From: a virus
Taxonomy: Duplodnaviria > Caudoviricetes
Reading direction: 5' to 3' (one strand)
Virus record (IMG/VR): IMGVR_UViG_3300037851_000542
Span: 32,001-96,000 of that record
DNA: 64,000 nucleotides
Under the pieces are notes generated by a model that worked only from the letters and a program-made list of their open reading frames with translations, did not search any database and was not told the origin of the DNA. Positions 60,060 through 64,000 of this stretch are shown in pieces. A program made the translations under genes and the position numbers. The stretch's first letter is position 1. The number at the start of each line of letters is the position of its first letter.

Positions 60060-62033
60060 TTAAATACTAGTTTGAGTCATTTTTAAAGATTCCATTTCTA
60101 AATCATAATCTACCATTTCTTTAACTAAACTGTCAAATGAAATTTTAGGTTCCCAACCTAATACTGTTTTAGCTTTAGTTGGATCTCCTATAAGTAAATC
60201 TACCTCTGCTGGTCTAAAAAAGGCAGGATCTACAACTACATACTCTTCCCAATTAAGCCCAACATGTTCAAACGCAATCTTTACAAATTCCCTAACGGAA
60301 TGGGTTTCGCCAGTGGCGACTACATAATCGTCTGCTTGTGGTTGTTGCATCATTAAATACATAGCTTCACAATTACCAATCACATTTATAGTACCAGAAT
60401 CTCTAGTAATCATGGTGCCGTTCTTTGTAGTTATACACCATGTTTCACTTACACCGTCGTTATAAACTTTACTTTCCGTAATATAATTATATCTTTTTCT
60501 AGCAGATATAACATAAACAATCCACATATTGTTTGAATTTTCCACTAACTGAGTTGTATTATATCCTGAAAGATGAGCTATAGATTGAAAATCGGCGGCA
60601 AGTTCCGATTTCTTGGAGTGGTAAGAAAGAGAACCCCATGACCCATCCCCATCCATCATTGCCTCAAAGACAATATGAGCTTGTCTTCTACTTAAAGAGT
60701 AGAAGTATTTTGGAACTCTATGTACATTTGGAGTATCAAACCAAGTTAAAATTTTTCTACTATCTTCAGCGTTAAAAATCCACTCACAAAGTCCGTCATT
60801 TCGCACCCGTTCTCTTGGAGAAAATGATAAAAGTTCTAGTGTAGAAAGTATTTTATTATAAACTTTTTTATTCTGAATTTTAGATTGTGATAGGGATACA
60901 CTTACTCCGTTTCCAGGTCTTTCAGAATTACCTGAATCCAAGCAACCTTCTGCCAATAACATGCCTATTAAATATAATTGAGGATCTATCACACCTTCTA
61001 AATCTGGCTGTTGATACCCAAAAAAATCTGGTAAAGCACAGCTATACTTAACACTATGGGATTTATTATGAACCATTTGATGAAACTCTAAAGCTGTACA
61101 AAATCTCCACTCAGAGTAATTTTTCTTGTGTCTGTAAACCTTTTTATACAGAATTCTATGGTCCGGTGTAACATTTATGTAAGAGTTTCTACCTTTTAAT
61201 AATACTTTTTCCCCATTGGTACGGTTTTCAATTTTATTGATTACAATATCTCTTTCTATGTTACCAGTATGTGTATTAAAATTAATTACCTCATCTCCTA
61301 TATTTAGGTCAGAATAAAACTTCCAACCATTGGGGGTAAGTACAGGAACATCTTTATTTATACAATAATCTTTCGCATGTCCCCAATCTCGCTGTGCATC
61401 TAAATTACCTAGTCTTAACTCTGATTGTAATCCTAATTTTATTCTAGCTACAGCATTACTTATTTTTCTTGTAACAAATTCTAGACCCCTCCTCGGACCC
61501 TCGTGGTTAAAAAGTATACCCGAAGTACAGAACATACCATAGCTTTCTCTATAATTGATCGTCATGTAGTGAGCAAACACTTTAGCTACTCCGTATGGTG
61601 ACCTGGGATGTAGAACAGTATCTTCTTTTTGTGGTACCTCATGTACTTTACCAAACATTTCAGAAGAAGAAGCTTGATAAAACTTAGCGGTAGGCTTTAC
61701 TTCTTTAAGTGCTTGTAGAAAGTTTAAACAACCTATACCTGTTATTTGGCTCGTTAATTCTGGCTGTTTCCAAGATAATCCAACAAAAGACTGCGCTGCT
61801 AAATTATAAACCTCATCTGGATCTGATACTCTTATGGCTTCCCTCAAAGAGGAAGGATCAGTAAGATCGGCTTCTAAAATAGTAACCTTATCTAGGACGT
61901 GTTTAATCCTAGAGAAGTTAGGATTAGCTGAGTGCCTTACAATACAGAAAACTTTATAGTTTTTTTCTAATAACAGTTCTATTAAATAACTACCGTCTTG
62001 TCCTGTAGCGCCACTTATTAATGCGGTTTTCAT
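60060..62033 (-). CDS. gmd: GDP-mannose 4,6-dehydratase interrupted by an intein
   Basis: ALISGATGQDGSYL, YNLAAQSFV, QASSSEMFG, SPYGVAK, LGNLDAQRDWGHAKDY|intein|CEAMYLMMQQ. Confidence 0.95.
   Translation of the reverse strand: MKTALISGATGQDGSYLIELLLEKNYKVFCIVRHSANPNFSRIKHVLDKVTILEADLTDPSSLREAIRVSDPDEVYNLAAQSFVGLSWKQPELTSQITGIGCLNFLQALKEVKPTAKFYQASSSEMFGKVHEVPQKEDTVLHPRSPYGVAKVFAHYMTINYRESYGMFCTSGILFNHEGPRRGLEFVTRKISNAVARIKLGLQSELRLGNLDAQRDWGHAKDYCINKDVPVLTPNGWKFYSDLNIGDEVINFNTHTGNIERDIVINKIENRTNGEKVLLKGRNSYINVTPDHRILYKKVYRHKKNYSEWRFCTALEFHQMVHNKSHSVKYSCALPDFFGYQQPDLEGVIDPQLYLIGMLLAEGCLDSGNSERPGNGVSVSLSQSKIQNKKVYNKILSTLELLSFSPRERVRNDGLCEWIFNAEDSRKILTWFDTPNVHRVPKYFYSLSRRQAHIVFEAMMDGDGSWGSLSYHSKKSELAADFQSIAHLSGYNTTQLVENSNNMWIVYVISARKRYNYITESKVYNDGVSETWCITTKNGTMITRDSGTINVIGNCEAMYLMMQQPQADDYVVATGETHSVREFVKIAFEHVGLNWEEYVVVDPAFFRPAEVDLLIGDPTKAKTVLGWEPKISFDSLVKEMVDYDLEMESLKMTQTSI
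60372..61364 (-). mobile_element. 331-aa intein with LAGLIDADG endonuclease
   Basis: starts CINKDVPVLTPNGWK; LIGMLLAEG and AMMDGDGS; ends WCITTKNGT..GN, then Cys+1. Confidence 0.9.
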
Positions 62034-62037
62034 ACTT

Positions 62038-62532
62038 TTAAACTCCTGTACTTCCAAAGCCTTTATCTTCTCTTTGAGTTTGATTTAACTCTTCAACTTC
62101 CTCTAGCGCAAAATCATTATTAAAGCTTCTTAAAATAATAGCTTGTGCTATTTTTTCACCTTTCTTTATAAAATAACCTGATATACCTGTACCTACTAAT
62201 CTGGAATTAGGATCTTGTTTGTAGATATCGGAAGTATTAAACTGGCTCCCATTTGTTACACGTAATGAAACTAGAATTTCACCTGTGTAACCTTGATCTA
62301 CTATACCTGCATTGGTCTCATAGAACAAGGCTTTTGATGACCTATCTTTTATCATTAACCAAAATCCTTTTGGGGGCTGTAGAGCTATACCAGTACTTAT
62401 TCTTGCTGAGTACCCGTTACAAATAAAAACAGACTCTGCTGCATAAAGATCTATACCTACATCCTCACTAGGTATAGACATTTCAACATTTTCTGGAAAG
62501 TTACTGAACTTTTTTATCTTTAAAGTATTCAC
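62038..62532 (-). CDS. dut: trimeric dUTPase
   Basis: GIDLY, ISTGIA, DRSS, GIVDQGYTGEI, GEKIAQ, R..KGFGSTG. Confidence 0.9.
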   Translation of the reverse strand: MNTLKIKKFSNFPENVEMSIPSEDVGIDLYAAESVFICNGYSARISTGIALQPPKGFWLMIKDRSSKALFYETNAGIVDQGYTGEILVSLRVTNGSQFNTSDIYKQDPNSRLVGTGISGYFIKKGEKIAQAIILRSFNNDFALEEVEELNQTQREDKGFGSTGV

Positions 62533-62906
62533 AGACTGTCTCTCAAAATTAAAATTGAACCAATACCAATAAGTGAATTGTCAAATAAATCTTTTGATAC
62601 CTCTAAAGCGTATCTATACCACGAATTACCTGCACACACCTTCGACTTATCGCCTGCCCTCAGATGAATAAAATCTGAAACTGCACCTACTTTTCCATAC
62701 ATATCTTCTATAAGAAGGACTGTAATATTTTCATTAACCCCTGTATTATGAAACGATAATGGCATTTTAGTTTTAAAGTCAAATAAAATAGAATGAGTAT
62801 TACCTAAAGGGGGTACTAATTTAGCGCCCCCCTTATACTCAGAGATTGTATTAGGTACATAAGCTACTAATGAAATATTATTTAATGTTATAAGTATTTC
62901 ATTCAT
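62529..62906 (-). CDS. DUF192-like protein
   Basis: ILFDF..SFHNTGV..ITVLLI..YALEV. Confidence 0.55.
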   Translation of the reverse strand: MNEILITLNNISLVAYVPNTISEYKGGAKLVPPLGNTHSILFDFKTKMPLSFHNTGVNENITVLLIEDMYGKVGAVSDFIHLRAGDKSKVCAGNSWYRYALEVSKDLFDNSLIGIGSILILRDSL

Positions 62907-64000
62907 ACTAACGTATTGAAACCCTAGGTAATGCTCTAGTTATTTGATCTAGTACTTTTACAATTTCATCATTTTTAGCGTTAACTGCATCGCCAACTGC
63001 TATAAGCTGAGTTAATCTAGTTTGACCTAATTTAATTGTAGTTAATAGAAACTCTAAATCAGTATAGCTTATGTTAACATCTTTAAAGTCTGCTGATTCA
63101 CTAGAATTCCTTAAGTTCTCTACTATACTTAGAGCTTTAGAAAATCTAACATTCTCTTTTTCAAATAAACTCTTCTCTTGCACAACTGGGGAAACGCTTT
63201 GAGCTTCGTTTAGTGCTTCTTCTACTTCTGGGTTTATTTTTTGTAACATAGTATTCATTATTTTCTCCTAACTTTTTTATTACGTCTCTTTCCTATTTTT
63301 AAACTCTCTCTAACTTTTAAAACCTTTTCTTGTCTTTCAGTATTAAGTCTCTGAGAAAATTCATTAGCTATATCTGGGAACTTTTTTAGAAAAAACTCAA
63401 ACCTTGTGCCGTCCAAGATGTAGTCCTCTAAAGACATATTATGATTGCCTGGTTTTTGACATAGCTTTAAAACTCTATTAATTAAGGTTTCATCTTGAGC
63501 TATCCTTAGCGATATTTCAACTAATGCCCATTTTTTAGCGCTAGGTTTTTCTGTAATGTTACCATCTAAGTCCATCACAGTTTCTGTTTTAATATTACTT
63601 ATTTCAAAACTTGACTGCTCTCCTGTTGCTGTTGCAACCCTAGTAAGAGCTTCAGCCATCTCACTTTCCATTGATCCAGTTAATCCAGAAACATCTGAAG
63701 GACTTGTTGTATCCATTATTTTCCTTATGAGTAGTTTTAATAATCAAAACACAGTTCTTTTAAATCTTTTAACTCTAAGTATCCTATCATAGATCCTTTA
63801 CTATATCTAGATATTTTATAACTAATTGGTTCATTATTTTTATTAACAAAGACGCTAAGCAGTAATCCAGTTTTTAGATTAATTTTAGGCAACCTGTGTG
63901 GCATCTTTTCAGATTTGGTAGTATGTACAGAAAGCATAATACTTTCAAAAGTATCCCTATTAATTAACCTGAAAACGTCCCCCTTAAGTCTTAAGACAGT

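Noticed and set aside
1-64000. Amber (TAG->Gln) recoding, suggested by RF1 and the TAG inside tnpB
   Set aside because: Many well-conserved genes end exactly at their natural C-terminus with TAG (GH19 40230, Clp ATPase 57228, phosphoesterase 58909), and long genes are not fragmented.
1-64000. Bacterial chromosome origin (rpsB, prfA, gmk, ruvB, gmd, two-component genes)
   Set aside because: These genes lack their usual operon partners (tsf, prmC, ruvA) and sit among tail fibres, an endolysin and dozens of short phage-type ORFs.
1-64000. tRNA, rRNA or reverse transcriptase/DGR
   Set aside because: I found no T-loop/cloverleaf or RT motifs by eye; tRNAscan-SE and HMM searches would be needed to exclude them fully.

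Overview
This is a 64 kb fragment of a large (jumbo-type) AT-rich dsDNA bacteriophage genome. It is densely coding in the standard genetic code, with no CRISPR array or tRNA that I could see. About 0-33 kb holds short accessory ORFs, mostly downstream of a recurring sigma28/FliA/SigD-like promoter (CTAAAGT-N-GCCGATA, exact 16-nt spacer, 15 copies located by eye). The same region carries an IS607 element, a high-GC RF1, a RuvB-like ATPase, an orphan ParD, an RNA ligase, an SF2 helicase, a DEDDh exonuclease and a guanylate kinase. About 33-49 kb encodes a secreted Pro/Thr mucin-like protein, a divergent ribosomal protein S2, two S74-chaperone tail fibres, SSB, a GH19 endolysin, a complete kinase/receiver/PAS-kinase two-component cluster and a sigma factor. 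About 49-64 kb encodes an amber-interrupted TnpB, Dam, an apparently inactive phosphomannomutase homolog, a Rad52-like annealase, a single-ring Clp-type ATPase, a phosphoesterase, a thermonuclease, a degenerate LAGLIDADG-HTH protein, an intein-split Gmd and dUTPase. The best leads are the sigma28-type regulon, a shared hydrophobic C-terminal motif ([YH]-[LFIV]-[IV]-stop) on about 15 unrelated proteins, the phage S2, the two-component system next to the endolysin, and the Gmd intein. All family calls come from motif recognition by eye; no database search was run.
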